From positions 1,376,001 through 1,440,000 of the forward strand of contig CBDCTJ010000007.1 in NCBI GenBank assembly GCA_965222115.1: a DNA stretch of 64,000 nt, in the 5' to 3' direction. The position numbers and the translations under genes are program-made. The notes below the pieces were generated by a model, which ran no database searches, was not told the origin of the DNA, and was given only the letters and a program-made list of their open reading frames with translations. The stretch comes from Planctomycetota bacterium (GTDB taxonomy: Bacteria; Planctomycetota; PLA2; JAEUHO01). This document shows positions 19,617-30,271 of this stretch, piece after piece; the first letter of the stretch is position 1; every line of letters starts with the position of its first letter.

Positions 19617-19784
19617 GTGCCATTTTTGTGCCATTTTGTCAGGTGCGATTCCGGCCATGTCGGAAGTTGTGACATCTTGTCACCAAATCTATCCCATTGC
19701 AGGCGATTTACCGATCATAAGTCGTTTATTCATAGACCTTTATGACTTACGTGCGTGTCGGATTTCTACGGCACAGCCTTGGCG
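19617..19784. promoter_or_regulatory. Putative divergent sigma54-type promoters with palindromic operator/enhancer sites
   Basis: GG-N10-GC boxes: TGGCACAAAAATGGCA (- strand, ~19618-19633) and CGGCACAGCCTTGGCG (+, 19769-19784); palindromes TGCCA-TTT-TGTCA (19629-19641) and GTGACA-TCT-TGTCAC (19669-19683). Confidence 0.45.
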
Positions 19785-19964
19785 TAAGGGGAGTTCGATC
19801 TGCGACCGTAGCTGGGGTGCGCCAATTGCGTCTCCACGACGTTTGTTCGCAATCGCTTCGCGGCGTCACGCAGCGGTCATTGACCACGGCGACAGGCCCG
19901 CGAGCCGCGTGAAAAGAATTCGAACGGGTTGATTTCAACTCGTCTGCTGAAGGAGAGCCATCCC

Positions 19965-21590
19965 ATGGGGGCCAAGCAACTCAGCTTTGATCAAGATGCC
20001 CGCGAACTGATCCGTTCGGGCGTTGAGAAACTCGCCAAGGCCGTCAAGGCCACCTACGGACCCCGTGGTCGCAATGCGGTCATCGACAAGGGGTGGGGCA
20101 GTCCCAACATCACCAAAGATGGTGTGACGGTTGCCGAAGAAGTCGAGCTCAGCAATCCCTACGAGGACATGGGCGCGCAACTTGTCAAAGAGGCCGCCAC
20201 AAAAACCTCCGACGTCGCGGGCGACGGCACCACCACCGCCACCGTACTTGCCGAGGCGCTCTTCCTTGCGGCACATAAGTTCGTATCCGCGGGTGCAAGT
20301 GCGTCGGCAATTGCACGCGGTGTGCGTGAAGCCACCGCCGAGGTTGTCAAGTCGCTTGAAAAGATGTCTCGCAAAGTGTCGGCCGACAAAGCCCACGTGA
20401 AACACGTCGCCACCATCGCGGCCAATGGCGACACCGAAATCGGCAGCATGATCGCCGAAGCGATGGACAAGGTTGGCAAGGACGGCGTCATTACCATTGA
20501 AGAGGGCAAGACGCTCGACACCGTTGTGAATGTCATTCAGGGTATGCAGTTTGATCGTGGCTTCTTGTCGCCGCATTTTGTGACCGACACCGAACGCATG
20601 GAAGTGGTGCTTGAACGCCCCTACGTGTTGATCTGGGAAGATAAGATTTCGGCGGCCACCAAGCTCGTGCCGTTGCTTGAGGCCGTGTCCAAGACCGGTC
20701 GTCCGTTGTTGTTGATTTCGGAAGATGTCGATGGCGATGCACTCGCCACGCTCGTGCTCAACAAGTTGCGCGGCGTTGTTCAGACGGCTGCGGTCAAGGC
20801 ACCGGGGTACGGCGATCGTCGCAAGGCCATGCTTCAAGACATTGCTGTGCTGACCGGTGCAAAGGCACAGTTCAAAGACCTCGCACCCGACCTTGAGAAT
20901 GTCACGATCAAGGATCTCGGCACCTGCCGACGCATTACGATCACCGGTGACAACACAACGATTGTGGATGGTGCGGGTTCTGCCGCCTCGATCAAGACGC
21001 GCATTGCGACCATCCGCCGCGACATGGAAACCACCGACTCCGACTACGACCGCGAGAAGTTGCAAGAGCGCCTTGCCAAGCTCGCGGGTGGCGTAGCGCA
21101 GATCGAAGTTGGCGCCGCAACCGAAACCGAAATGAAAGAGAAGAAGGCGCGCGTCGAAGACGCGCTTCATGCCACCCGCGCAGCGGTGGAAGAAGGCATC
21201 CTTCCCGGTGGCGGTACCGCGCTCGTTCGTGCAGAAAAGGCCGTTGAAGCGCTTCTGAAGAAGTTTAAGGGCGACGAGGCAATGGGTGTGCAGGCCGTGT
21301 TTGACGCACTTTCGGTGCCGCTTCGCACTGTGGCCGACAACGCGGGCTTTGAGGGTCACGTGGTGCTTCGCATGGTGCGCAAGGCCGCGTCGGCGATGGG
21401 CTTCGATGCCACCGTGGGCGAACTCAAGAACATGTTCGACGCGGGCATTGTAGATCCCACCAAGGTGGTGCGCGCGGCGCTTCAAAACGCCGCTAGCGTT
21501 GCCAACTTGCTCGTGTCCACCGACACGTTGATCGCCAATCTTCCCGAGAAGGAAGAGCACGAAGATCACCACCACGATCACGACTTCTAA
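19965..21590 (+). CDS. groEL: Chaperonin GroEL (copy 1, His-rich C-terminus)
   Basis: [38 protein letters not shown]; ends [11 protein letters not shown]. Confidence 0.98.
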   Translation: MGAKQLSFDQDARELIRSGVEKLAKAVKATYGPRGRNAVIDKGWGSPNITKDGVTVAEEVELSNPYEDMGAQLVKEAATKTSDVAGDGTTTATVLAEALFLAAHKFVSAGASASAIARGVREATAEVVKSLEKMSRKVSADKAHVKHVATIAANGDTEIGSMIAEAMDKVGKDGVITIEEGKTLDTVVNVIQGMQFDRGFLSPHFVTDTERMEVVLERPYVLIWEDKISAATKLVPLLEAVSKTGRPLLLISEDVDGDALATLVLNKLRGVVQTAAVKAPGYGDRRKAMLQDIAVLTGAKAQFKDLAPDLENVTIKDLGTCRRITITGDNTTIVDGAGSAASIKTRIATIRRDMETTDSDYDREKLQERLAKLAGGVAQIEVGAATETEMKEKKARVEDALHATRAAVEEGILPGGGTALVRAEKAVEALLKKFKGDEAMGVQAVFDALSVPLRTVADNAGFEGHVVLRMVRKAASAMGFDATVGELKNMFDAGIVDPTKVVRAALQNAASVANLLVSTDTLIANLPEKEEHEDHHHDHDF

Positions 21591-21709
21591 GTCGGGATCA
21601 CTTTAAAACGGCAGCGCGGCTCGCCCGGGCCGCTCCCCTCGTTCAATTTATTTACAGTTTGACCTTGAAGGACGCAGCGCGTCTTTGCCTTCCTGGAGAT
21701 TCACCAACC

Positions 21710-22000
21710 ATGGCTATTCATCCCCTTGACGATCGCATCGTTGTAAAGCCGGTCGACGCCGAAACCAAGTCCGCGGGTGGCATCTTGCTTCCCGATAGCG
21801 CCAAAGAGAAGCCTCAGCGTGCCAAGGTTGTAGCTGTTGGCGAAGGTCGATTGACCGACAGCGGCAAGCGCGTGGCCCTTTCGGTTAAGAAAGGCGACGA
21901 GATCCTTTTCGGCAAGTACGCTGGCACGGAAATCAAGTGGCAGGGAACGGAATACAAGATCCTGCGTGAGAACGAAGTTCTCGCCATCATCGAAAAGTAG
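21710..22000 (+). CDS. groES: Co-chaperonin GroES
   Basis: [29 protein letters not shown]. Confidence 0.98.
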   Translation: MAIHPLDDRIVVKPVDAETKSAGGILLPDSAKEKPQRAKVVAVGEGRLTDSGKRVALSVKKGDEILFGKYAGTEIKWQGTEYKILRENEVLAIIEK

Positions 22001-22065
22001 GAACGACAAGAAGTCGTTGCCTCCCTCGTACCGTTAATCGATTTCAAGAAACAGGACCCCTCCTC

Positions 22066-23673
22066 ATGGCTAAGCAATACCTCTACGACATTGAAGCGCG
22101 CCAGCGCATTGCCAGCGGTGTGAAGCAACTCGCCGACGCGGTGCGCGTCACGTTGGGACCCGCGGGACGCAATGTGATTGCTCAAAAGTCCTTCGGCAAC
22201 CCCACCATCACGCGTGACGGGGTAACCGTGGCCAAAGAAGTCGAGTTGGTAGACCCATTCGAGAACATGGGCGCCAAGCTCGTGACCGAAGCGGCTCAGA
22301 AGACCAACGATGTCGCAGGCGACGGCACTACGTCGTCCACGGTGTTGACCGACGCGATTCTTCGCGAAGGTCTCAAGGCCGTGGCTGCCGGCGCGCAGCC
22401 CATCGCACTGAAGCGCGGAATCGACAAAGCGGTTGAGGCCGTTGTGGCGCGCATCGAATCGATGGCGAAGAAGGTCACGACACTTGCCCAGAAGGCTGCT
22501 GTTGCCACCATTTCCGCCAATCACGACACCGAGATCGGCGATCTCTTGGCCGAGGCGGTGGACAAGGTGGGGCGCGATGGCGTCATTACGGTTGAAGAGG
22601 GCAAGACCACCGAAACTGTGCTCGACTTTGTTGACGGTATGCAGATCGACAAGGGATTCCTGTCGCCCTACTTCATCACCGACACCAAGGACCTCACGTG
22701 CGTGCTCGAAGACGCCTATGTATTGCTCTACGAGAAGAAGCTCAGCAATCTGCGCGACTTGATTCCCGTCCTTGAAGCTGTCGCCCACGCCGGTCGTCCG
22801 CTCTTGGTGATTGCCGAAGACGTTGAAGGCGAATGCTTGGCCGCGCTCGTGGTCAACCGTTTGCGTGGTGCGCTCAAGGTTTGTGCCGTGAAGGCGCCCG
22901 GCTTTGGTGATCGTCGCAAGGCCATGATGGAAGACCTTGCCGTGCTTACTGGCGGCACGTTCATTAGCGAAGACCTCGGTCTCCAGCTCGACAACGTAAC
23001 GGTCAAGGAACTTGGCACGGTCAAGAAGGCCATTATCAGCAAAGACGACTGCACGCTCAGCGAGGGTGCTGGCAAGAAGAAAGCCATTCAGGCTCGTATT
23101 GCGCAGATTCGCAATCAAATCGAAGCATCCACGTCGGATTACGATAAGGAAAAGCTGCAAGAGCGCTTGGCCAAGCTTCAGGGTGGCGTAGCGGTCGTCA
23201 AGGTCGGCGCGGCAACCGAACTTGAACTCAAGGAACGCAAGTACCGCGTGGAAGACGCTCTCAATGCCACACGCGCTGCCGTGGAAGAGGGCATTGTGCC
23301 TGGCGGCGGAGCCACGTTGATTCGTTGCATTGAGGCGCTCAGCAAGCTCCGCGTGCGTGGTACCGATGAGAAGATGGGCGTAGACATCATTCGCAAGGCG
23401 CTTGAGGCCCCGCTTCGTCAGATCGCAAAGAATGCCGGCGAAGTGGGTGCCGTCATTGTGGACGAGGTGCTAAACGGAAAGTCCACCCACGGGTGGGACG
23501 CGAAGGACCGCAAGTTCGTCGATATGTACAAGGCAGGCATTATTGACCCCGCGAAGGTCGTGCGCGCCGCACTTCAGAACGCCGCGTCGATCGCAGGCAT
23601 GATTCTCACCACCGAAACGCTGATCACCGACCTCAAGGACGAGGACAAGTCGGCGGTTGGCGCCGAGTTGTAG
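22066..23673 (+). CDS. groEL: Chaperonin GroEL (copy 2)
   Basis: [35 protein letters not shown]. Confidence 0.98.
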   Translation: MAKQYLYDIEARQRIASGVKQLADAVRVTLGPAGRNVIAQKSFGNPTITRDGVTVAKEVELVDPFENMGAKLVTEAAQKTNDVAGDGTTSSTVLTDAILREGLKAVAAGAQPIALKRGIDKAVEAVVARIESMAKKVTTLAQKAAVATISANHDTEIGDLLAEAVDKVGRDGVITVEEGKTTETVLDFVDGMQIDKGFLSPYFITDTKDLTCVLEDAYVLLYEKKLSNLRDLIPVLEAVAHAGRPLLVIAEDVEGECLAALVVNRLRGALKVCAVKAPGFGDRRKAMMEDLAVLTGGTFISEDLGLQLDNVTVKELGTVKKAIISKDDCTLSEGAGKKKAIQARIAQIRNQIEASTSDYDKEKLQERLAKLQGGVAVVKVGAATELELKERKYRVEDALNATRAAVEEGIVPGGGATLIRCIEALSKLRVRGTDEKMGVDIIRKALEAPLRQIAKNAGEVGAVIVDEVLNGKSTHGWDAKDRKFVDMYKAGIIDPAKVVRAALQNAASIAGMILTTETLITDLKDEDKSAVGAEL

Positions 23674-23674
23674 C

Positions 23675-23740
23675 GTCGCAGCAATCGGGTCGCGGCAGTC
23701 GGGTCGCAGCAATCGGGTCGCAGCAATCGGGTCGCAGCAA
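23675..23740 (+). repeat. 14-bp tandem repeat (gtcgcagcaatcgg) x~4.7
   Basis: Directly visible; one unit has two substitutions. Confidence 0.95.
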
Positions 23741-23814
23741 ACAATGCGTACGGTTCGCAAGCATTGATTGTTCAGCAGAATAACAATCCTCAAACTCCAC
23801 GGTAGGATCGCGTC

Positions 23815-24969
23815 GTGCCGAACAACGGAAAACGTGATTACTACGACGTACTTGGCGTGTCGCGAGACGCGTCCGATCAGGACGTAAAAAAGGCCTATCG
23901 GCGTCTCGCGCTCAAGTACCACCCCGACAAGAATCCGGGTGATGACGAAGCGGCCGCACGTTTCAAAGAAGCGGCGGAAGCCTATGACGTGCTTTCCGAT
24001 TCCGAAAAGCGCGCGCGCTATGACCAATACGGTCACGCGGGTGTCGATGGCCAAGTCGGGTTCTCCGACGCATCCGACATCTTCGGTGCGTTTAGCGAGA
24101 TCTTTGGCGACTTCTTTGGTGGCGGACGACGGTCGCGCGTGGCGCGTGGAGCCAGTCTGCGCGTAGAAGTCGTCGTCCCGTTTGAAGAAATGGCCGAGGG
24201 CATCACCAAAACGCTCTCGCTCAAACGTCGCGTTCGATGCGATACGTGTGAGGGCGCCGGTTCCGAAGACGGTCGCCCACCGGTGTCTTGTCCCACATGT
24301 GGGGGCGGTGGTTACGTAGCAACCAACCAAGGCTTCTTTTCCATGCGCCGCACCTGCCCGCGCTGCCACGGCGGTGGGGGCGTGATTGAACGGCCCTGTA
24401 AACGTTGTTCCGGCGAGGGACTCGTTGCGGGCAAACGTGAAATCGAATTGCAAATTCCCGAGGGCATTCACGACGGCGTTGTGTTGCGCATGACCGGCGA
24501 AGGCGAGCCCGCGCCGCGCGGTGGTCATCCCGGCGACCTCAACGTGATTGTGCGCGTGCGTGATCACGACCTCTTTGTGCGTTCCCCGGAAGATCCTGCC
24601 GACTTGTTGATGGCCGTGCCGGTACCGGTAACAACGGCGATTCTCGGTGGTCACGTCGAGATTCCGTCGTTGCTTGGAACGGTTACGCTCGATGTGCCGT
24701 CGGGAACCAAGCCCGGTGCGCTGTTGCGCGTGCGCGGCGCAGGTCTGCCACGCTTTCAACGTAGTGGCCGCGGTCACTTGTATGCCCGTATCACCTACGA
24801 CGTTCCGTCCCGTCCGAGTCGCAAGATGAAGAAGGCGCTTGAGGCCCTTCGCGAATTGGAACAACACGAGTCGGGCCCGGCTCGACGTGCGTTTGCCGAC
24901 GATGTTCGTCGCTATGAACAGCAGCGCGAACGCCGCGCTCGTAAGAACGCCAAACACGCCTCCGACTAG
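23815..24969 (+). CDS. dnaJ: Chaperone DnaJ
   Basis: J-domain with HPD, four CxxCxGxG zinc motifs; GTG start. Confidence 0.97.
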   Translation: MPNNGKRDYYDVLGVSRDASDQDVKKAYRRLALKYHPDKNPGDDEAAARFKEAAEAYDVLSDSEKRARYDQYGHAGVDGQVGFSDASDIFGAFSEIFGDFFGGGRRSRVARGASLRVEVVVPFEEMAEGITKTLSLKRRVRCDTCEGAGSEDGRPPVSCPTCGGGGYVATNQGFFSMRRTCPRCHGGGGVIERPCKRCSGEGLVAGKREIELQIPEGIHDGVVLRMTGEGEPAPRGGHPGDLNVIVRVRDHDLFVRSPEDPADLLMAVPVPVTTAILGGHVEIPSLLGTVTLDVPSGTKPGALLRVRGAGLPRFQRSGRGHLYARITYDVPSRPSRKMKKALEALRELEQHESGPARRAFADDVRRYEQQRERRARKNAKHASD

Positions 24970-24984
24970 GCGCGAGAATGAACC

Positions 24985-25686
24985 ATGAGTGACGCAGAAA
25001 CACCTGTATCCGGTAAAGACAAGAGGGCCGACGCCGAGTCGCCGATTGGCCGTGCCGATGAATCAACGGATGCGGCGGGCGCCAACGATGCGCCCGCACC
25101 GAACGAAGACACAGGCGCAGTTGACGCCAGCAAAGACACCCCTCCGCTTACGACCGAGCAAGAGCTCGAGCAGGCCAGGGAAGAAATTGAGGAGCTTGGC
25201 AACAAGTTGCGCCGCGTTGAGGCATCGTTCCTCAACGAAACCAAGCGCATGCGCAAGAACGCGGAGAACCAACAAAAGTTCGCCATCGAGCGTGTGATTG
25301 TGGATCTCTTGCCGGTTCTGGATGCACTCCACAGCGCGCGCGCGGGCTTTGAGCGTGTGGGCGAAGACGAAGGCTCCGCCATTCGTGGGCAGATGATCGA
25401 GGGTATGGACCTAATCGAAAGGCAGTTCTCCACCGTTTTGTCGCGCCACGGTGTGGAGCCCATCGACGCGATGGGTACTGCATTTGATCCCTCTGTTCAC
25501 GAGGCCATGATGGTGCTTGAGCAAGAGGGCGTGGACGTGCAGACGGTGACCGAAGTATTTCGTCCCGGATACACACTTCACGGTCGCGTGGTGCGGCCCG
25601 CGCAAGTGGTGGTGGCTAAGCCGGCCACGCCGTCGGGGCCATCCGATTCATCTGATGCGGCGGAAGTGGGTGAGGTGAACGAGTAG
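24985..25686 (+). CDS. grpE: Nucleotide exchange factor GrpE
   Basis: LLPVLDAL, FDPSVHEA, GYTLHGRVVRPAQVVV. Confidence 0.95.
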   Translation: MSDAETPVSGKDKRADAESPIGRADESTDAAGANDAPAPNEDTGAVDASKDTPPLTTEQELEQAREEIEELGNKLRRVEASFLNETKRMRKNAENQQKFAIERVIVDLLPVLDALHSARAGFERVGEDEGSAIRGQMIEGMDLIERQFSTVLSRHGVEPIDAMGTAFDPSVHEAMMVLEQEGVDVQTVTEVFRPGYTLHGRVVRPAQVVVAKPATPSGPSDSSDAAEVGEVNE

Positions 25687-26067
25687 ATGCCTACCTACGA
25701 CTATGCATGCGATGCCTGTGGTCATCGCTTTGAACACTTCCAGAGCATGTCGAGCCGAAAGCTCCGCACGTGTCCCAAGTGCAAGGCCAAGAAGCTGCGG
25801 CGTTTGGTTGGCTCAGGCGCGGGCGTGATTTTCAAAGGCAGTGGCTTCTACGAAACCGACTACAAGCGTGCGGGTTCATCGTCGAACGACGCATCGTCCA
25901 AGGAGGCAGCGTCCACTAGCGACGCATCAGGCGGTTCCTCTTCAGAAACGAAGTCTTCGGAATCCACGTCAACGTCCGACACCAGTTCATCGTCGAGTTC
26001 CAAGTCCTCGGACGACAATTCCTCGGGAAAAAAGTCCTCGGATAGCGCGTCTTCGTCCAGTGAATGA
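25687..26067 (+). CDS. FmdB-family zinc-ribbon protein with Ser-rich tail
   Basis: [31 protein letters not shown]. Confidence 0.92.
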   Translation: MPTYDYACDACGHRFEHFQSMSSRKLRTCPKCKAKKLRRLVGSGAGVIFKGSGFYETDYKRAGSSSNDASSKEAASTSDASGGSSSETKSSESTSTSDTSSSSSSKSSDDNSSGKKSSDSASSSSE

Positions 26068-26476
26068 TCCGTTGCCTCGTTCCGATGCGTCCAACGCCGG
26101 CCAACTCACGTCGTGGCCGTGCCCAACGTGTGGAACGAGCGTGACCCTGACCGGCGAACCGTCGCAAACGTCGTCACCCTCCAATGCATCCACATCGCGC
26201 CCAGCCGATGAAGCGGGCGAACACGACGGCAACAAGAACCCGTTCCGCCCCTTTTGTTCGTCCAAATGCAAGTGGATCGACCTCGGTCGGTGGCTCGATG
26301 GCAGCTACACTGTGCCCGGCGCCCCCGGGATGTTCCTCACAGGCCAGGCCGCGGATGGCCCGGCCGTGGATGCCTTCTATCATCAACCCACATTTCCCGG
26401 ATCCGAGCCGGAATCGGATCCACTGCATGAAGGTGGTGATGACAGTGAAAACGCGTCGCGAGATCGAGATCGCTGA
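26060..26476 (+). CDS. yacG: DNA gyrase inhibitor YacG
   Basis: CPTCG...[21 protein letters not shown]; GTG start overlapping the upstream gene. Confidence 0.85.
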   Translation: MNDPLPRSDASNAGQLTSWPCPTCGTSVTLTGEPSQTSSPSNASTSRPADEAGEHDGNKNPFRPFCSSKCKWIDLGRWLDGSYTVPGAPGMFLTGQAADGPAVDAFYHQPTFPGSEPESDPLHEGGDDSENASRDRDR

Positions 26477-27626
26477 GCGCGTTTCCGTTGATCGCCAACG
26501 CGCCGTGGATCGAATGTTGTGGCGCGCCACCGGTCGTGCCGCCAACGACGGTCGCAAGCGACTTCTCGCGGTACTTGGCGTTTTGTTGACGGGCCCCGTG
26601 TGGTGGGCGGGTGCGTTTGCGTCGCGGTTGATAGCCAATGGCTGGGGCGACGCGACGACAGGCATCACGCGTCCCTTCGAGTATGTGCTTACGCCACTCA
26701 AACGCGCGTACTACGCCGACCACGACATTGGCATGTTTGGCTACCTCATGTGGTTGTGGGTGTTGACGGTTTTGTTGTGGGGCTATTTCGGCGGCGCCAT
26801 CAATCGCATGGCAGCGACCGACATTGCGCGTCCCGACGGCGATCGTGAGGATGCGAGCGATGTACGGGCCTTTGCGAGCAAACACTGGCGCACGTTTGTT
26901 GGTGCGCGGTTGGCACCTTGGTTCGGGGTCGCGGCACTGTTGGGTGTCATTGTGTTGCTTTCGTTTGCGGGGCGCTTGCCGGGTGGGTGGGGGCAAACAG
27001 GCAAGATCATTGCCGTACTTGCATCGATTCCCCTTGCGTCGTTGGCAGTCGTTCTCGCATCGCTGCACACGCTTACCGGTTTCTTGCAGGCACCGACGAT
27101 TGCTTGTGAAGATGCAGATCTCTTTGATGCGCTCAGTCGGCCAAACGTATATGCCGGAGCCGGCCGCTCACGACTTGTCGGAACGCGCGTGCGTTATGCG
27201 TGGGGCGCCTTTGCGGGCATTCTTTGGCAGCTGGCGCGCATGGTGGGAGCGCTTTTGCTCGCTTGGGCCTGCATTCGCGTGGGTGCCGGCACCGACGGTT
27301 GGGATCGCGCCATGGCCGTCATTAAGGCCTGGGGCGTGCCGCCCGATGCGGAGCGACTTGGCATCACCATGTGGGACTATGTCGTTGCCGGCACCGTCAT
27401 GTTGGGCATCACCGCGTTGGTCGTGTTCTTCGTTGGTAGCGTGATTGTGCGCGTGATCTGCGGACGTACGGCGTCCTATCTTTCACTCCGGCATGCCGTG
27501 GATGGCACACCTACCGATGTCATTCACACGCCGGTTCGCGCGACGTATGCCATGAGCGTCGAATCCGCGGGCAACGAAGCGAGCACGCGCTTTTCTTCCG
27601 AGCCGCTGACAAAGCGGAGGGTGTAG
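26439..27626 (+). CDS. Hypothetical multi-pass membrane protein
   Basis: Several hydrophobic helices, host-like codon usage, operon position. Confidence 0.75.
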   Translation: MTVKTRREIEIAERVSVDRQRAVDRMLWRATGRAANDGRKRLLAVLGVLLTGPVWWAGAFASRLIANGWGDATTGITRPFEYVLTPLKRAYYADHDIGMFGYLMWLWVLTVLLWGYFGGAINRMAATDIARPDGDREDASDVRAFASKHWRTFVGARLAPWFGVAALLGVIVLLSFAGRLPGGWGQTGKIIAVLASIPLASLAVVLASLHTLTGFLQAPTIACEDADLFDALSRPNVYAGAGRSRLVGTRVRYAWGAFAGILWQLARMVGALLLAWACIRVGAGTDGWDRAMAVIKAWGVPPDAERLGITMWDYVVAGTVMLGITALVVFFVGSVIVRVICGRTASYLSLRHAVDGTPTDVIHTPVRATYAMSVESAGNEASTRFSSEPLTKRRV

Positions 27627-27630
27627 CGCT

Positions 27631-28410
27631 ATGTCGAGTGTCGTCGCGACGAGTGTGCCCGTACTTGAGATCTTTAGCACGGTGCAGGGAGAGGGTCCAA
27701 ACGTCGGCATGCGGCAGATTTTTGTTCGCTTGGCGGGGTGTGACTTGCGTTGCGCCTTCTGTGATACGCCCGAGTCCTATCCCACGCCGAAGCGCGCTCA
27801 CGTTTGGTCTCCCACCGTGCATGCCAATCCCACGTATCTGATAAACCCGGTGACTATCAATGACGTGCTTGATTCAGTTGCTGCGCTTCACGCCGACGTG
27901 CCGAGTCATCGCGCCGTCTCCATTACGGGTGGCGAACCCTTGTTGCGTCCTGGAGCAGTGATTGCCATCGCGAAGGGCGTTCGTGCATTGGGTCTACGGG
28001 TTCATTTGGAAACGGGTGGGCACCGTCCGGACGCATTGGACCAAGTCCTGCCACACGTCGATGGCGTGAGTCCGGACATCAAGATCGAGAGTGCCTGTGG
28101 CGTGCCTACGCCGTGGGACGCGCACCACGCGAGCCTGCGTGTGCTTGCCAAGGACCCGCAGAAAGTCATCGCCGTGAAAGCCGTAGTTTGTGCGACGACG
28201 ACCGCCGAAGAAGTCACACACGCCGCGCGCGTTGTTGCGACCCATCTGCCCCATGCGCCATTCGTGATTCAACCGGTCACGCGACTCGCGCCCGATCGAC
28301 CTGCCGAACCGTCGGGCGACCATCTGCTCGCGCTTCAAGCCGCCGCGTCGCGATTTCACCGAGACGTGCGCGTGATTCCCCAGCTTCATCGCGTCTTGAA
28401 GCTTCCCTAG
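27631..28410 (+). CDS. queE: 7-carboxy-7-deazaguanine synthase (radical SAM)
   Basis: EIFSTVQGEG, FVRLAGCDLRCAFCDT, TGGEP, IPQLH. Confidence 0.92.
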   Translation: MSSVVATSVPVLEIFSTVQGEGPNVGMRQIFVRLAGCDLRCAFCDTPESYPTPKRAHVWSPTVHANPTYLINPVTINDVLDSVAALHADVPSHRAVSITGGEPLLRPGAVIAIAKGVRALGLRVHLETGGHRPDALDQVLPHVDGVSPDIKIESACGVPTPWDAHHASLRVLAKDPQKVIAVKAVVCATTTAEEVTHAARVVATHLPHAPFVIQPVTRLAPDRPAEPSGDHLLALQAAASRFHRDVRVIPQLHRVLKLP

Positions 28411-28464
28411 CCCGTATTGGCCGATAGGTTTTCGTCTGTCCATGCGCAATCCACGAGGTATCTG

Positions 28465-29733
28465 ATGAACAACGGTCTGCTCTGGAGTCTCTTGTGGATC
28501 GTTACACTTGGCGCCGCATTTTTTGTTGGGCAGTCGCTCGCCGGTGACGGCGGAGCCACCGACGATTTGCCAAGTGATGAATTGGCTGTGCTGCGCCAAG
28601 AGAACGAACGACTTCGTGGTGAGCTTTCGAACCGAAACGCGCCTTTACTTGGCGGTCGTGATGATGGCGAGCGCCGAAACGGTGGCGCATCAACCACTAC
28701 ACGTGACGGTGGTGATTCAACGAATCGGAGCGGCTCAAGCGGTGCCGGTACCCTGTCGAGTTTTCGCCTCGCCGGTCATGCCGACCCCGATATTGCGGTG
28801 GCGGAGTTTCTGGATTACGCCCGCACCATGTTGGCGCGGGGCGAAGAGGGGCATCTTCAGTTGCTGCGAACGTTTGATGCGATTCAGCGCGGCAGCAAGG
28901 GGCAAGCGTTTCGCCGCTTGTTCGGCGATGATTTCCAATCGTCGCGCTTTCTCTATGAAGTCATGCGCTTTGGCGTAGAGCATGAACGCCAAGTGGCCGC
29001 CATGACCGAGACGATTTTTCGTGCCATGGCAAATGACCCCGACTCGTTGAGTGAGTTTGATGACGATTCGTTTGAGGTTTTCACCGAAGGTATCGCGTTG
29101 CCCATGCCCGCCATCGTCGATCGCGCCACGATGGATCGGCTACGAGGCTATGCGCGCACGGTGATGGAGAAGGACCGCAGCCAATTGCCCAAGTCGCTTC
29201 GGAACATGCATCGGCACATGCGAAACGTGTTGCGTGCGTGGGCGCCCCTGACATCGCTCGATGACGCGTCCACACGCCTCAGTGCGGGCAACTTGCCGCT
29301 CGACGAAGCCACGGCGTTGTTGCGTCGCATGTCGAAGGAGCAGTTGAAGTCGGTGGACGTCGTATCAACATCGGCGAAGCTGCTTGAGAGCGGTGATTCC
29401 GACATCCTCAACTACTTTGAGAACGACCGCATTGTGAAGGTGCGCGAACAATTGGACCCGTACGTATTGAAAGGCATGGCGCAGAAGAAGTATGCCGATC
29501 ATCAGTTTCGTGCCTACCTCGTGCGCACCGGCCGTGGATCGTGGGATAAGGCGCGCCCGCTGATTGACGAGGCGCTGAAGTTAGGCGGCGGCGCGCCCAA
29601 TCGTGTCTTGGCAGCCGCCGTTCGCCTTCGACCGCCGCCCGACAGCGATTGGATTCGTTGGGCCCTCGATCACTACGCGCTTACACCCGCGGTCGAGAAG
29701 TCGATTCGTGATCGCTACAAGCTCGGTAAGTGA
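28465..29733 (+). CDS. Hypothetical membrane-anchored/secreted helical protein
   Basis: GAGGT RBS, N-terminal hydrophobic segment, short coiled coil. Confidence 0.7.
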   Translation: MNNGLLWSLLWIVTLGAAFFVGQSLAGDGGATDDLPSDELAVLRQENERLRGELSNRNAPLLGGRDDGERRNGGASTTTRDGGDSTNRSGSSGAGTLSSFRLAGHADPDIAVAEFLDYARTMLARGEEGHLQLLRTFDAIQRGSKGQAFRRLFGDDFQSSRFLYEVMRFGVEHERQVAAMTETIFRAMANDPDSLSEFDDDSFEVFTEGIALPMPAIVDRATMDRLRGYARTVMEKDRSQLPKSLRNMHRHMRNVLRAWAPLTSLDDASTRLSAGNLPLDEATALLRRMSKEQLKSVDVVSTSAKLLESGDSDILNYFENDRIVKVREQLDPYVLKGMAQKKYADHQFRAYLVRTGRGSWDKARPLIDEALKLGGGAPNRVLAAAVRLRPPPDSDWIRWALDHYALTPAVEKSIRDRYKLGK

Positions 29734-29764
29734 CGCGTTGCCCGATGGCGGTATCGTAGTTTCC

Positions 29765-30247
29765 ATGCGCATTCAGATCCTGCGACTCATTCCCTGCCTA
29801 TTGCTCGTCACGCTCGTGTCCGTCGGGTGCGGGACCAGCGAAACAGACCAAGGCAAGTATCACGACATCGCCGGCGAGTGGGTCGTTGACATGAGCAAGG
29901 TCAAGTCGTCGTTGCGCGAACACCTGATTCCCAAAGACGTGATGACGCAAATGGGGAAGGATCGCAAGCAAGGCATTTTGTCATTGTTGGGTAGCTTCTT
30001 GGTCACCATCAAATCCGACGGATCCTATGAAATGCTGGGCCTATGGCGCCTCCCACACTCGCTCGACGTGTCAGCGATCTTGGGGCACTTCGAGAAGAGC
30101 GAGCGGCACTATCGCGTCTATGACACTCGTGGGAGATACACACCCACGCGTACGCTTCGTCAGATCGACGACGGTCTTGTGCTGCAGTTTCACGATCAAC
30201 AGGCGTGGCTGAAAGCACTTTACCTTGTGCGCAAGCCGACCAAGTAG
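29765..30247 (+). CDS. Hypothetical lipoprotein
   Basis: Lipobox-like VSVGC; IAGEWVVD strand reminiscent of lipocalin-like domains. Confidence 0.65.
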   Translation: MRIQILRLIPCLLLVTLVSVGCGTSETDQGKYHDIAGEWVVDMSKVKSSLREHLIPKDVMTQMGKDRKQGILSLLGSFLVTIKSDGSYEMLGLWRLPHSLDVSAILGHFEKSERHYRVYDTRGRYTPTRTLRQIDDGLVLQFHDQQAWLKALYLVRKPTK

Positions 30248-30271
30248 GCACGCGACGTGTAGAGTAGGCGC

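Noticed and set aside
19510-19964. CIRCE/HrcA operator upstream of groEL
   Set aside because: The inverted-repeat consensus was not found
19935-21581. 548-aa antisense ORF over groEL (also 21814-23160, 23470-24957, 46832-48175, 60105-61100)
   Set aside because: Shadow ORFs produced by strong codon bias of conserved genes on the opposite strand; no recognisable motifs
23675-23740. Possible CRISPR array
   Set aside because: Contiguous 14-bp units with no spacers; no cas genes in the window
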